Positions 7,101 to 16,639 are shown, counted from the stretch's first letter. The stretch is 64,000 nucleotides of DNA from an uncultured virus (IMG/VR IMGVR_UViG_3300025120_000033) (IMGVR_UViG_3300025120_000033), one strand, 5' to 3'. Notes: generated from the sequence alone by a model not told the origin. A program made the numbers and translations.

Positions 7101-10082
7101 GAGCTTGTCGTAACCACCATCTACGGCATCTTGCAGCGCCTTTTTAAGCGTCAGGTTATACCAAGAAGACTTGTCGCCCGTCTTGAATGGAGCGTCTGGC
7201 AATGAATTTTCAAGCCTGTCTTCAAGGTTTTTTTGCATTTTGCGAAGATTGGCGATTCGATCTCCGAGTGCCGAATGCTCTAAAAATTCAGGTTTTATCG
7301 CCTCATCTGAAAACAACTCATCAAAGCCTAACTCTTCAAGCATTTTTTGATCGTCGTATTCACTATACTTAAACTTAGCTGCCTGCAACTCCTTGTTAAT
7401 GTCATCTAGCTGCCTTTTTAATTCTGGCGTTTTATAGCCAAACTCAGCACCCCTCTGATGCCAGTCGGACTGGATCTCTTCGATCAGCAATACCTTTTTG
7501 CCGTCCGTATCGACGCGATCCATCGTGCGCAGGTGGGCTAATACGTTTGGGTCACGCGCATAGTGACCGCCGGCATAATTATCTTGCACATCTCCAACGC
7601 TACTAATCTGCTCATCCAAATTTTTAATTGTACCCTCAAGGCTATTACTTTCTAGCCTAAAGTTTTTTAGCGCCTCCTCAGCCCCTCCGGGATTTACTCT
7701 TTGCACGGAGGGAGGTAGATCCCGCCCTCCTTCCAGATAACCAATTCTTTGCTTAACTAAATTCAGTGCATTGTTAGCATCAGCTCTAGCCAATTGTAGT
7801 TTGTCGAGCTTTTCTTTCTTAGTGTTGGGCAGCTTGATAATTTTCTCTTTGTAATTATCTCCACTCCTACCCTCGTCTAGCGTGTAGCGCTTGTGCTCAG
7901 GAATTGCTTGAAGACTTTCTTGGCGTACTTGAGCCACTTCCTGCACCTCAACTCTATAATTGTCTAATAGTGCGCGATAGTTATTGACGATCTGATCTCG
8001 CTCTTGAGGCGGAATGCTCGGTCTATATCCCCCCTGAAGCATATCGTAGTCGTGAATTATTTTCTCCACTGCATCAAACAATTCACCAGAATTAATATTC
8101 GCATATTCGAGGATATAATCAGCAATCTCGTTTTCGGTTACATTGCGAGCCTTCTGGGGAGCATCAGATATCGTCTTTATCTTGATGATAGGCTCGTCGG
8201 TCTGAAAATAATCCATCACATCATCGCGGGTAACGTCTGGCTTTTCGGAGAATATGTCGATAAAACCGCTCGCACGAAGCTCGTCTGGCTTAGCGCCTGA
8301 CTTCTGCAGGTCGTTAATGAACGCCTGACCAGAGCCTTTCTTGCGCTCTAGGTTAAGTGCCGCCTCTTCTGCCGCCGAATAAAAGCCCTCGTCGCTCCTA
8401 CGCGCATAGGTCTTGAGCTTTTTAGCCGCCCTCGCCGCCCTCAGCGGAGCTATCGCCGCCGCTACGGGTGGGATAAGGTCGCCGATACCGCCCAGAATCT
8501 GCAGGCCAGAGTCTATTACCTCCTTGTTTCGGATGTTCTCAGCTAGGGAAGGAGAGCGTGGGCCAACAATCATCTCTGCGGTTGTCATACCCTCTGGGGG
8601 GAAGGCGGAATATAGGCCAGATATATCAGCCATACCCGCGCCGGGGGCGAAGCCGCCGAGAATGTTGGCAGTCTGCGCGGGGGTGAGGGGTGTCTCCTGC
8701 GTTATTTCTGGCGTTACGGGGTTACCGTACTCGTCAAAATACTGTCCTACCGAGCCTCCGAGGTTGTAGCCAAAGATGTCTTCCTTATCGACCTCACCGC
8801 CACCCGCCCTCAAGATGTCTGCCGAGTCTTTTTGGCTAGGGTCAAACTGTGCCTGCGGAGATCTAATTTTATTTTCAGAACCACTAAAAACAATGTAGTG
8901 CTCCGTCTCATCATCCATGCCCTGCATCCTAAATTTTTTATTAACATTCCTGTCTATGATTCCCTCATAGTTTAATTCATCCTTGAAAAATTCCGCCGCC
9001 ATAGCGCTAGGGGTTCGCCTGCCATCCATGAGATAATTTTTATTAAACGCATTCACTAGCTGTGTTGCGTCAATCTCATCCATACCATATGAGCCATCAA
9101 AAACATCCTGCAGAATATCTGATGTAAGCCTCTCATCAGCGCCGTATCCACTCAAAAAATCTTTTAACTTTAAGTAATTTGAGTCGATATCATTGTCGTA
9201 AAACTCGTTTGCTCTTTCATATACGGCATCCTCGTAGGCATCATCTGAGTCAAAAGCCTTGCGACCGCCATCGTAGCTATCAATGTCATCAATTGCGCTT
9301 TGACGATAATCACTTCCGGCGGGTATTACCGTGCCGTCCCTCCCGATCTTGACAAAATTATCTGTATTAAGTTTTAGGGGATAGACAACACCGCGAGATG
9401 CTTCACCGATTAGTTCTTCACGCGCCTTTTTTGCTGCCAAGGCGGGATGCATACCCGATACTTCGGTATGATACTCGGTTGCCTGATCTATTCTGGTCTG
9501 CAGGTCAGGGCCAACGCCGGCATAATTTGTGCTCGCATCTTCTGGGTTATTGGTGAGGTAAACTCCACGACCAAAGTCACTCATGTCAGAGGCGTTCTCG
9601 GCGTCAAATGCATAAACGTCATGGGTCGAGCCATGATAAACGTCTGTGTTGTACCCGCCCGATTCCGCTCTGGACATTCTTGATGCGGTGTCCGTGGGCA
9701 GCTCAAGTTGAGACAACGCTCGCGCCCTACGGATAGGCATGGTTGCAGCCGCCGCAAAGGGAACCACACCCGCCAACTGCAACAGTGGATCCACTATGCT
9801 GCCCTGCCTAATATATTCCGCCATCGACGGCGATCTTGGGCCAGTCATCATCTCGCCAACCGTCGTGTTCGGGTCGGCAGGTATCTCAGGGGCACCGCCG
9901 AAGATATCTATCAGGCCATACGGCGTGCCGCCGAGGATTCCCGCACCAACGGCAGCTACCTGCGCCTTGGAGGGTAGTTCTGGCTTTTCGGGGCGCATAA
10001 TAGGCTGCAGGCCATCGTCAAAATAGTCTCCGACAGATCCGCCGAGGTTGTAGCCAAAGATGTCAGTATCATCACGCCGCAT
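4143..10082 (-). CDS. Large modular polyvalent protein/polyprotein (ART-PolyVal-like, EEIQSD domain, unknown domains)
   Basis: 1979 aa; repeated YNLGGSV plus ~110-aa carrier repeat; VYHGS...FD...FGRGVYLT...YA ART-like motif; VLLIEEIQSDWHQ. Confidence 0.8.
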   Translation of the reverse strand: MRRDDTDIFGYNLGGSVGDYFDDGLQPIMRPEKPELPSKAQVAAVGAGILGGTPYGLIDIFGGAPEIPADPNTTVGEMMTGPRSPSMAEYIRQGSIVDPLLQLAGVVPFAAAATMPIRRARALSQLELPTDTASRMSRAESGGYNTDVYHGSTHDVYAFDAENASDMSDFGRGVYLTNNPEDASTNYAGVGPDLQTRIDQATEYHTEVSGMHPALAAKKAREELIGEASRGVVYPLKLNTDNFVKIGRDGTVIPAGSDYRQSAIDDIDSYDGGRKAFDSDDAYEDAVYERANEFYDNDIDSNYLKLKDFLSGYGADERLTSDILQDVFDGSYGMDEIDATQLVNAFNKNYLMDGRRTPSAMAAEFFKDELNYEGIIDRNVNKKFRMQGMDDETEHYIVFSGSENKIRSPQAQFDPSQKDSADILRAGGGEVDKEDIFGYNLGGSVGQYFDEYGNPVTPEITQETPLTPAQTANILGGFAPGAGMADISGLYSAFPPEGMTTAEMIVGPRSPSLAENIRNKEVIDSGLQILGGIGDLIPPVAAAIAPLRAARAAKKLKTYARRSDEGFYSAAEEAALNLERKKGSGQAFINDLQKSGAKPDELRASGFIDIFSEKPDVTRDDVMDYFQTDEPIIKIKTISDAPQKARNVTENEIADYILEYANINSGELFDAVEKIIHDYDMLQGGYRPSIPPQERDQIVNNYRALLDNYRVEVQEVAQVRQESLQAIPEHKRYTLDEGRSGDNYKEKIIKLPNTKKEKLDKLQLARADANNALNLVKQRIGYLEGGRDLPPSVQRVNPGGAEEALKNFRLESNSLEGTIKNLDEQISSVGDVQDNYAGGHYARDPNVLAHLRTMDRVDTDGKKVLLIEEIQSDWHQRGAEFGYKTPELKRQLDDINKELQAAKFKYSEYDDQKMLEELGFDELFSDEAIKPEFLEHSALGDRIANLRKMQKNLEDRLENSLPDAPFKTGDKSSWYNLTLKKALQDAVDGGYDKLALTTGRQQADRYNLSKNVSSVRYQEDIVEGRPVKVLTAYDLEGSRVLNKRIEDPEKDIPEIIGKELTKKLLDQDATGAPLTRSQLQEYENLERAIPNLSEQEAERYYFLDQKQLDNSYEPNTRALSGLDLDVGGEGMKQFYDKTYVNALNKLVKPDGVKVGKTNLTSKRMRRVLSDAEKEEYDYLITRRGVQGKLTEAQLERFRLLKKKDNALEFDEDTVHSIDITPEMRKRVQMGLELFAEGGEVDNRSAKDKLRDIIESMMGDNTDATITALEFTPVVGDLMGGIDIFDSISEGDMYGAGINTMAAMAGMVPGPPGDLMKKAMQRVRVKEDNFDKQMRDKVLEASLKASEKPDRVLKTLGIKGRDSLKDYHKSDDGIIDKTLDVSRAKKLVDAKVITADELQAVKYLRAPERRQRDMREEILNQTDPEYAESLKITRDTPEGYNLGGSVSDLVRDPSMSNLQREAPSLSPAQAANIGGGFLPYSGMADIFGEYAAFPTDPNMTTAEMIVGPRGPSLAENIRNREIIDSGLQIAGGIGDLIPPLMAAVAPMRVARAAAKAADKLPSKPSSRPKKIYPERKYDERFDPRVGEIDRLNNLRYEIESRAESIDPKVLRLSDLEGEQFITSMSDRTRAGGLILGIDGVPLYRAVDLRGGQGFMFENPNQVWASAEKPANDILKMAAEMKKSSNDPLFLPWRMAPTGGDFSTTTGELMLGFASANMNKSTKRSLDKAIKNFKTVGSMVQGKRVNQGRMIQGWKGVDDPSSVEVWRNTPDSVRKELMNMMDVQFRKKGGLSIGAARLINTDPPQVLAKDAGIQNVGRIYTGEGLTASTHPSYPFAVPGEGIGSLPKAGEATIFDLIPEARLGAKQQKVKDPAKPTTEEIRALQMKPYGGTVTENILRRMEDRGVDINSLTGLAPGALAFTLISGSLISPEEVQAGGLENLSEKLSVEKKSGVKKKFDEEEVGISLAAGGIVSLDDIDIFG

Positions 10083-10482
10083 TCGCTAAAAACTCCTCGT
10101 TGGTAGAGAGGATATTAAACCACTCGTCGAGGGTCATTACCACCGTTCTGCCGTTATCCCTCGGCAGGGAGGGGTTTACAAAATAAAGTGGTGCGCAGAC
10201 GCGGATCCCCTTGTTGTTGAACTTGTATATCAGGATCGGCGTCTTGTCTCCGCACGACTCGACCACCTGCTGCCACCACTTGGGGGAAAACCACCATCCA
10301 GATTTATATGCTTTGCACTCGATCGCGTGGTTCGGAAGCTCAACGTCGCACATTCCTGCCATCTGATACTGATCGAGGTTGCGCTTGACGCGGATGGGGG
10401 AGTTCATGCCCACCAAAAAGTCATTTATCTTCGTACAGATCGCACGCTCGAAGCTCGCGCCCTTGGATCTTGAGTCAGCCAT
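10072..10482 (-). CDS. Holliday junction resolvase-like PD-(D/E)XK nuclease (copy A)
   Basis: SRSKGASFER...CD...IECK...WWQQ. Confidence 0.8.
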   Translation of the reverse strand: MADSRSKGASFERAICTKINDFLVGMNSPIRVKRNLDQYQMAGMCDVELPNHAIECKAYKSGWWFSPKWWQQVVESCGDKTPILIYKFNNKGIRVCAPLYFVNPSLPRDNGRTVVMTLDEWFNILSTNEEFLANAA

Positions 10483-10632
10483 TTACTTCTCCTTTTTGGG
10501 TAGGCAGAAGAACACGATTGCATCGCATTTGGGGCAGGATAGGTTGGAAACGATGAGGGGGTTGCCGTCCTCGTCCTCGTCATCGTGATCGCCGCCCCAT
10601 ATTAGGGGTGTATCGCAGTTATAGCAGTTCAT
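10483..10632 (-). CDS. Small zinc-ribbon protein
   Basis: MNCYNCDTPLIWGGDHD...LSCPKC, 49 aa, abuts the resolvase start. Confidence 0.65.
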   Translation of the reverse strand: MNCYNCDTPLIWGGDHDDEDEDGNPLIVSNLSCPKCDAIVFFCLPKKEK

Positions 10633-10789
10633 AGGGGGATTATGCGCGATCTGAAAAATAAAATAAAATTTTTGGGCAAATTCGTTTTGCTTAAAAAATA
10701 AGCAGACCCTAGAAATCGATGAGGATGGCGCGATTTGGGTCGGAGAAAGCGGATCGAGTTTAGGCGTTGAGTTTTTTTGGTGATTCAGT

Positions 10790-10935
10790 GCGCAAAACTC
10801 AGCTATAGCTATTGCGCCCGCCGCGCTCGCGCTCAGGGGGGGTACGGGGGCACCCCCAAACCGCTTTTTAGGCCCGGAATGCCAGTCTCAAGGGATCCTA
10901 GATGCGAATGATTCTTGTTAGCACACCCCCAAGGG
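10790..10935. other. Conserved non-coding block, candidate packaging/terminus region (copy A)
   Basis: Motifs AAAACTCAG, TCAGGGGGG, CCCCCAAA, AGGGnTCCT, CGAATGATTCT shared in order with 25500-25640. Confidence 0.45.
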
Positions 10936-11058
10936 ACTGCTGTGGTCACAGCGATCAATGCCCGACGCAGGATAAGTTTTAGGCAAATGCCAGAAAAGCC
11001 TTAAATATCAGGCACTTAGGGAGAAAAAGGGGAATTCCCCCGATTTTTGGGGGTCTGA

Positions 11059-11079
11059 GAAAAAGAGCGCCTCTTTTTC
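11059..11079 (-). terminator. Possible terminator after TerS copy A
   Basis: GAAAAAGAG-CGC-CTCTTTTTC palindrome. Confidence 0.35.
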
Positions 11080-11124
11080 AGGTTAGATCTAACGCGGCGC
11101 TCGATCAAGTTAGTTTGCAGGTTC

Positions 11125-11652
11125 TTACATATCTTTATCGTCGAGATCATCCTGCAGCCCTAGCAGCTCGCCTAGCCTTTGCTTGATGTCTGCCTTGTTC
11201 ATGCCGTCGATATTGGCATTTATGTTAAGGCTCTGGCTGCGCTGTATGTTTAAACCGGCGAGTTGATTCAGCTCCTTGATCGCGCTCACGCTCGCGTTGA
11301 AGTGGCCGCTCGCAAAACTCTCCTCAGCTATCTTCCACAGCATCGTGCCAGTCTTCTGTGGCGTAATAGCATACTTCTCCCTCAGCTCTTCCTGCGCGAT
11401 CCTAATCGCTCGCGTGACCTGCGGTTGATGTCTGCCGTTCAGCATCTTACTCGCCGAGGCTGCGGGGAAGCTAAATCCTGCCCTCCTCGCAGCCTCCGTC
11501 TGACCACAGGCACCCTCGGTATAGTGCCAGACGAATGCAGCCTGCATCTCGGTAAGACCTAGCTCCTCGTCTACCTCAAACTGCGCAGGCGCATCACCCG
11601 CCAACTTCGGTCGCCTGTTCTTTGGTCTACCAACCTTCTTCTTCTCTGTCAT
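11125..11652 (-). CDS. terS: Terminase small subunit (copy A)
   Basis: LTEMQAAFVWHY...QTEAARRAGFS HTH typical of TerS. Confidence 0.8.
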   Translation of the reverse strand: MTEKKKVGRPKNRRPKLAGDAPAQFEVDEELGLTEMQAAFVWHYTEGACGQTEAARRAGFSFPAASASKMLNGRHQPQVTRAIRIAQEELREKYAITPQKTGTMLWKIAEESFASGHFNASVSAIKELNQLAGLNIQRSQSLNINANIDGMNKADIKQRLGELLGLQDDLDDKDM

Positions 11653-11659
11653 TTTAAAA

Positions 11660-11947
11660 CCGCCATGAGTGTGTCAAGTGTGGGGTGTGTACAGCCTCCG
11701 TAAACTATATATACGACCTATATAAACTATAAATATCTTTCATTTATACTCTTAGTAAAACAAAGTCTTTTAAAGGGTATACTACCCCCCCCTACTGCTA
11801 TTAACCATATTTATCAATCGCTTACGTGAAAAAAAAAGAGTGTACAGGTCGGCACTTTTAATTCTTGCACACCTGTATAAGTTTCCGTGTCCTCTTATAC
11901 TACTCAAGTACATCAACACGGAGCAAACAACTACACCAAATGCCACC
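11660..11947. other. Candidate replication origin (copy A)
   Basis: Non-coding, AT-rich centre, GTGTACAG and CTATA repeats, IHF consensus TATCAATCGCTTA at 11812-11824, just downstream of the primase-helicase. Confidence 0.45.
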
Positions 11948-14128
11948 CTAATCCCAACTCCTATCGAGCAGCCCCACACCCTTTTCGCCTCCGTCAGGCT
12001 TCGTGTATTCTATGTCATATACCTTCTTTCCGCCCGTCCTGCGCGGCTCAAGACCGTGATCGGAGAGCGTGCGTGCAGCCTCCTTGAAGTCACTCATCCT
12101 TGGGTTTGGTATGCCGAGATCACGCAGTAACTTGGTCATCTGCACCGCATCTGTCAGCGTTGAATCAAACCTGACGTGCTCCAAGATAAGATCCTCGACA
12201 CTGCTCTGCGTGCGATAAAGCTCGTTGCTCGCCTGCAGCATCTCGCGCTCATCAGGCGTCAGGAACCACGTCCTGTTGCCCTCCTCATACATCGTCTCGC
12301 GCACCTCTGCCCACACCTGCTGCATCGTTAGCCTGTGCCTAATGTCGATAGCCTTGACGGGCACAACCCAGAACCTTCGGTTGCCACTGGTGTCCACCAG
12401 AAACTCGCGTGCGTTAACACTAGCGAAGAATGCTGTGCGCCTCTTGTAGCTCGTAAATGCGCGGTCGTAGGGTAGCCGTAGCTCGTCAGACCTGCGCGTA
12501 ATGAATGCCTTGAGCTGATCAATGTCAGCCTTCTTAAACGTGCTCTCGATCTCCCCTGCCTCCACGATCCAGTGGCTCACGATCTGCTTCACCGAGTCCT
12601 TGTCGGCAGGGTTAATCGTCACCCCCTCCAGTAGCCAGTCCTCGTTGGGTGGGCAGAGCTTCTTGAACCACAGAGTCTTGCCCATGCCCTGCGCACCTTG
12701 GAACACCAACATACCTTCGAGCGCAACACCCTCCGGCTCGTATGCCGCAGCCACACAGCTCACCATCCACTTCTTCATCAGCATCTCTTTCAATTCTGTG
12801 TTCGGGCTAGTGACCGTATCGAGAAACATCTGCAGGCGACTCTTGCCGTCCCACGGCTTGCTCTCTATCCACTCCTTAACAGGGTTGAACTCCTTCGCAA
12901 GTAGCTTGAGGCAGTCGCGCACCCTCTGGTGCGGCATCCCCATCGTTATGCAGCGATCTTCGATCTCGATGAGCGCCGATTCGTCCTGCATATCCTGTAT
13001 GAAATCCGAGTTAGGCACCGCAATTTCCATGCGCTTCTTGATGGTGTTGTACCGCGCATCTATCTGGTTAACCGTTAACACGCCGCGTATATTTTCTTTG
13101 CTCGCAATGTATTTTCCGCTGTTATTTTTTTGAAAGTCAAAGCTCATGGGCACGTTGATCTCCTGCAGGGTGGGCATGACCTCCCCCTCGATCGCATCGC
13201 CTATCAGCTCCTGCTTGTGGTCGTTGTAGTCGCCCTTAGACTGCGGCATCAGAACGTCTGCCTGAGAGCCTGCGTCCCTGATCACCTGCGCTGCCTTGAT
13301 CGCCTCCCGCTCGCCCGTCATGCTGTCGTCGCAGTCTGCGATGATAACGTGCTTGGCCTTGGGAAAGAATTTAACAATCGACTCAGCGACCGGCGATAGG
13401 TTGAACGCATCGAAGGCCACCACCACGGGCTGATTAACATCCTCGAAGTAGGATGCGGCAGTGGCGTAGCCCTCGGCATAGTTTATCGTCGTCGCCGAGT
13501 CTAGCTGATTCACGCCGAGTATATAAAAGCTGCCCTTCTTCTTGGAACCAGTGAGAAACTTCTTGCCGCCGTCCTCGTCGATAAACTGCAGGCCAACGAT
13601 GCTTAGATCCTCGTCCCACATGGGTAGCATGAGCTGATTACCATCGCCAACCTTTAATCCGTGGTTCTCCACCCCCTTCTTCTTCAGGTAGGGATGAATC
13701 TCGATGTCCTTACCCTTGATCCACATATTCTGCGCCCGCTTCGCAGCCCTGTTGTTCTTCTCCTGCCTGTCGATAGCCGCCTGCTCTTTAAGTGCGCGTA
13801 TCTCCTCCCTCTGCTCATCTGTGATGGCTCGGTTGCCCTTGTTCTGTGGACGCCACACCGCCGTAGGCTTTTTATGGTCGAGCCGATAGTCACCTGCGTG
13901 ACCGTAAGGTAAACTCTGATCGAGCCAGAGCTGATACCACCCCACTAGCTTGCGCTTGCCATCCACGTCCATAAAGGCGCGGCCCACACTGCCATCTACG
14001 ATCAAACCCTTGTTCGGATCAACCTCAAGACCATTGGTAGCCAGAAAGCTCTCAAAATCGTCGCGCAGGTTGCCTGAGAGGGGCGTTGATGCGTCTTTTT
14101 GGTTCGGTCTTTTTATTTTGAGGCTCAT
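11948..14128 (-). CDS. Primase-helicase, Toprim plus VirE/VapE P-loop (copy A)
   Basis: HPYL, AEGYATA, ADCD Toprim; GAQGMGKT Walker A; DTSGNRRFW; start MSLKIK set from paralogue B. Confidence 0.9.
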   Translation of the reverse strand: MSLKIKRPNQKDASTPLSGNLRDDFESFLATNGLEVDPNKGLIVDGSVGRAFMDVDGKRKLVGWYQLWLDQSLPYGHAGDYRLDHKKPTAVWRPQNKGNRAITDEQREEIRALKEQAAIDRQEKNNRAAKRAQNMWIKGKDIEIHPYLKKKGVENHGLKVGDGNQLMLPMWDEDLSIVGLQFIDEDGGKKFLTGSKKKGSFYILGVNQLDSATTINYAEGYATAASYFEDVNQPVVVAFDAFNLSPVAESIVKFFPKAKHVIIADCDDSMTGEREAIKAAQVIRDAGSQADVLMPQSKGDYNDHKQELIGDAIEGEVMPTLQEINVPMSFDFQKNNSGKYIASKENIRGVLTVNQIDARYNTIKKRMEIAVPNSDFIQDMQDESALIEIEDRCITMGMPHQRVRDCLKLLAKEFNPVKEWIESKPWDGKSRLQMFLDTVTSPNTELKEMLMKKWMVSCVAAAYEPEGVALEGMLVFQGAQGMGKTLWFKKLCPPNEDWLLEGVTINPADKDSVKQIVSHWIVEAGEIESTFKKADIDQLKAFITRRSDELRLPYDRAFTSYKRRTAFFASVNAREFLVDTSGNRRFWVVPVKAIDIRHRLTMQQVWAEVRETMYEEGNRTWFLTPDEREMLQASNELYRTQSSVEDLILEHVRFDSTLTDAVQMTKLLRDLGIPNPRMSDFKEAARTLSDHGLEPRRTGGKKVYDIEYTKPDGGEKGVGLLDRSWD

Positions 14129-14199
14129 TGATGTTGACTCCATGTGTGTGGTGTTGCACAATATCATACAAATTTGCAAACTGACAAGAGGATATGTAC

Positions 14200-14895
14200 A
14201 TGGGACTAACAATTTCTTCAAGCGGCACTGGCGATCGAGAGACGCTACCTGTCGGGCAATACTCAGCAGTGTGCTATAAGATCGTTGACGTGGGCACACG
14301 GATGGAAACCTTTCAGCAGGACGACCCTAAAAAAAGAACGTCGGTCTGCATCTACTGGGAGGTCTCACACCCCAAGATGGCAGATGGTCGGCCTTTCAGT
14401 ATTATGAAACAATACACCTCGTCGCTCAACGAAAACGCCACGCTGCACAAGGATCTGAAGTCTTGGCGCGGCAAGAGCTTCACGGAGGAGGAGCTTCGAG
14501 GCTTTGAGATACAGAATATACTATCTGTGTCGGCTCAGCTTGAGGTTGCGCACACCGAGGGCGGTAACGCCAAGGTTGTGTCGGTCTTTAAACCAGATGG
14601 CGGTGCGAAAAAAACACCGACCGTCAACCCTGCGCAGGTGTTTGACCTTGAGGTGTACTGCCAAGAGTTTAGCGGCAAGAGTGATGCCAAGAGCAAGGAG
14701 ATGTGTGACGTGTTCGCCGACCTGCCCTCCTTTATGCAGGAGATGGTGAATGAGTCGTTTGAGATGAAGGCGGCAGAGAACAGCATGGCGTCAACGACTG
14801 GCGTTGATGGTTTAGCCGCAATCGCAAAGAAGACGGCTGCGGATAAAAAATCTTCTGAGCCGATCGTCGAATTTGACGACGACATTCCGTTCTAG
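14200..14895 (+). CDS. Single-stranded DNA-binding-like protein (copy A)
   Basis: Acidic DDDIPF C-terminal tail; divergent from primase. Confidence 0.75.
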   Translation: MGLTISSSGTGDRETLPVGQYSAVCYKIVDVGTRMETFQQDDPKKRTSVCIYWEVSHPKMADGRPFSIMKQYTSSLNENATLHKDLKSWRGKSFTEEELRGFEIQNILSVSAQLEVAHTEGGNAKVVSVFKPDGGAKKTPTVNPAQVFDLEVYCQEFSGKSDAKSKEMCDVFADLPSFMQEMVNESFEMKAAENSMASTTGVDGLAAIAKKTAADKKSSEPIVEFDDDIPF

Positions 14896-14897
14896 CC

Positions 14898-15098
14898 GTG
14901 CTCAAGATTGAGATTGACCAATCGCTTACGTGCTCGCTAGAGTTTACGAAGGCTAATATCGAGAGTGCATCTATCGGCGAGTTGGCAGATGCACTTGAGC
15001 TTTTGCACTATCTGGCGCGTGACCTAAAGCACCAAGACATGGCGTGGAAGATTCTTGAGGTATCCGACACGCTCAAGGAGAGACTGAGAAATGCCTGA
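14898..15098 (+). CDS. Hypothetical protein (copy A)
   Basis: ELADALELLHYLARDLK shared with 29783-29992. Confidence 0.75.
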   Translation: MLKIEIDQSLTCSLEFTKANIESASIGELADALELLHYLARDLKHQDMAWKILEVSDTLKERLRNA

Positions 15099-15321
15099 CA
15101 TGATTAACAGTCCTGAGCACTATGCCGCAGGCGGTATCGAAACCATCGACAGCATCAAGTCTTCAATGGTTACCGCCGAGATGTTTAACGGCTATCTGCA
15201 GGGAAACATCATCAAGTATGCAAGCAGGTGCTTTAGGAAGAACGAAGACCCGACCGAGGATCTAAAGAAGATGATCTGGTACGCCAATCGACTAATCAAA
15301 GAGGTGGAGGAGAATGCTTGA
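15091..15321 (+). CDS. DUF3310 protein (T7 gp1.7-like nucleotide kinase family, copy A)
   Basis: DMINSPEHY...IETID...GNIIKY..R...EDLKKMIWY. Confidence 0.85.
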   Translation: MPDMINSPEHYAAGGIETIDSIKSSMVTAEMFNGYLQGNIIKYASRCFRKNEDPTEDLKKMIWYANRLIKEVEENA

Positions 15322-15505
15322 TCGCGGGGATGTAGATGAGAACCTGCGGGACTGCCCGTGGATCCAACCAGACCCCGTAATGTGCGATCAGCACGATGTG
15401 GAGATGTCGGCGGAGGAGGATGAGGACGGCTTTACTATTCACCTCTGCCACATCTGCGAGTCGTTGTCCTTTCGACCTTTTCATAATCGCAGGAGATCAA
15501 TATGA
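15314..15505 (+). CDS. Small CxxH/CxxC protein (copy A)
   Basis: MLDRGDVDENL...CDQH...CHIC; paralogue at 30199-30384. Confidence 0.7.
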   Translation: MLDRGDVDENLRDCPWIQPDPVMCDQHDVEMSAEEDEDGFTIHLCHICESLSFRPFHNRRRSI

Positions 15506-15765
15506 ACAAGCAGAAAACATTTTTCGGAGATCCACCGGCAGAGTGGGAAGAGCACTGGAGGTCAATGCCTGAGTTCGTGCAGCCTAAGCAGGAGCCATAT
15601 GCGTGCATCAATGTGCGCTTCAGCAAGCAAGAAGATCTGGATAATTTTTCACAATTATTGGGGCAGAGCTTAAACCAAAAAACAAAAAGCATCTGGTATC
15701 CGTTTAAATCGCATTGGGGTGCGGATCATAACAAACAAGTTTGGATAGACAATGACCCCGATTAG
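15502..15765 (+). CDS. Hypothetical protein associated with glycosyltransferase
   Basis: W..MPEFVQ...VRF...TKSIWYP; AGGAG RBS. Confidence 0.7.
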   Translation: MNKQKTFFGDPPAEWEEHWRSMPEFVQPKQEPYACINVRFSKQEDLDNFSQLLGQSLNQKTKSIWYPFKSHWGADHNKQVWIDNDPD

Positions 15766-16612
15766 TCCAGTCTATATTGTAAGTAAGGGCAGATGGAAGA
15801 CTCGACTTACAAGCACGGCGCTTGAAAGGATGGGCATTGAATATTTAATGGTTGTTGAGGATGATGAGCACGATCTTTATGCCGAAAACATAGCGCCAAA
15901 AAAACTTCTGGTTCTGCCAAAATCTTACCTGCAAAATTACGATACCTGTGACGATCTAGGGCAATCAAAGTCAAAAGGCCCCGGCGCTGCTAGAAATTTT
16001 GCTTGGGATCATGCGGTCGAACATGGACACAAATACCACTGGGTTTTAGACGACAACCTCGACGACTTCCACAGGCTAAACAGAAATAAAAAAATAAAGG
16101 TCAGGACTGGGGCAACATTTAAGGCGTCGGAAGATTTTGTGAACCGCTACGAAAATATAGCGATCAGTGGGTTTAATTATTATTCGTTTGCAAAATCAAC
16201 AGATGCAGTTCCTCCCTTTGTAACCAACACAAGAATATATTCATGTCTTCTCATACGAAACGACATACCTTATCGGTGGCGGGGAAGATATAACGAAGAC
16301 ACTGACATATGTCTGCGCGTTTTGAAGGATGGTTATTGCACGGTGCAGTTTAATGCTTTTCTTTGCGGAAAGGTGACAACGCAAAGAATGGCAGGCGGAA
16401 ATACCGAAGAGTTCTATCGAAGCGAAGGAACCAAGTTAAAGAGTCAAATGATAGCTGACCTACACCCCGACGTTGCCTCTGTCGTTTGGAGATTCAACAG
16501 GTGGCATCACCACGTTGATTATTCAAGATTTAAAAATAAACTTATTTTGCAGTCAGGGATAAAAATTAATAAAGACAACAACGAATTTAACATGAAATTA
16601 AGTACGTCTTAA
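15752..16612 (+). CDS. TET-associated/GREB1-like glycosyltransferase (TAGT), putative DNA modification
   Basis: PVYIVSKGR, GPGAARN, HWVLDDN, RIYSCLLI, WRGRYNEDTD, GGNT motifs. Confidence 0.75.
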   Translation: MTPISPVYIVSKGRWKTRLTSTALERMGIEYLMVVEDDEHDLYAENIAPKKLLVLPKSYLQNYDTCDDLGQSKSKGPGAARNFAWDHAVEHGHKYHWVLDDNLDDFHRLNRNKKIKVRTGATFKASEDFVNRYENIAISGFNYYSFAKSTDAVPPFVTNTRIYSCLLIRNDIPYRWRGRYNEDTDICLRVLKDGYCTVQFNAFLCGKVTTQRMAGGNTEEFYRSEGTKLKSQMIADLHPDVASVVWRFNRWHHHVDYSRFKNKLILQSGIKINKDNNEFNMKLSTS

Positions 16613-16639
16613 CCCCACTTTTAGATAGAGGAATGTGCT

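Noticed and set aside
5425..8690. Carrier repeats as DGR template/variable repeats
   Set aside because: No reverse transcriptase, and differences are not adenine-specific.
4519..10026. Plus-strand ORFs inside the polyprotein and similar shadow ORFs elsewhere
   Set aside because: Antisense to well-supported genes, with no RBS or recognisable motifs.
10905..10915. CGAATGATTCT as a Fur box (also 25616-25626)
   Set aside because: Only a partial match with no adjacent promoter or iron gene; kept only as part of the conserved block.
14129..14299. Extended N-terminus of primase A in the ORF track
   Set aside because: Overlaps the divergent SSB gene; paralogue B starts at the MSLK position.
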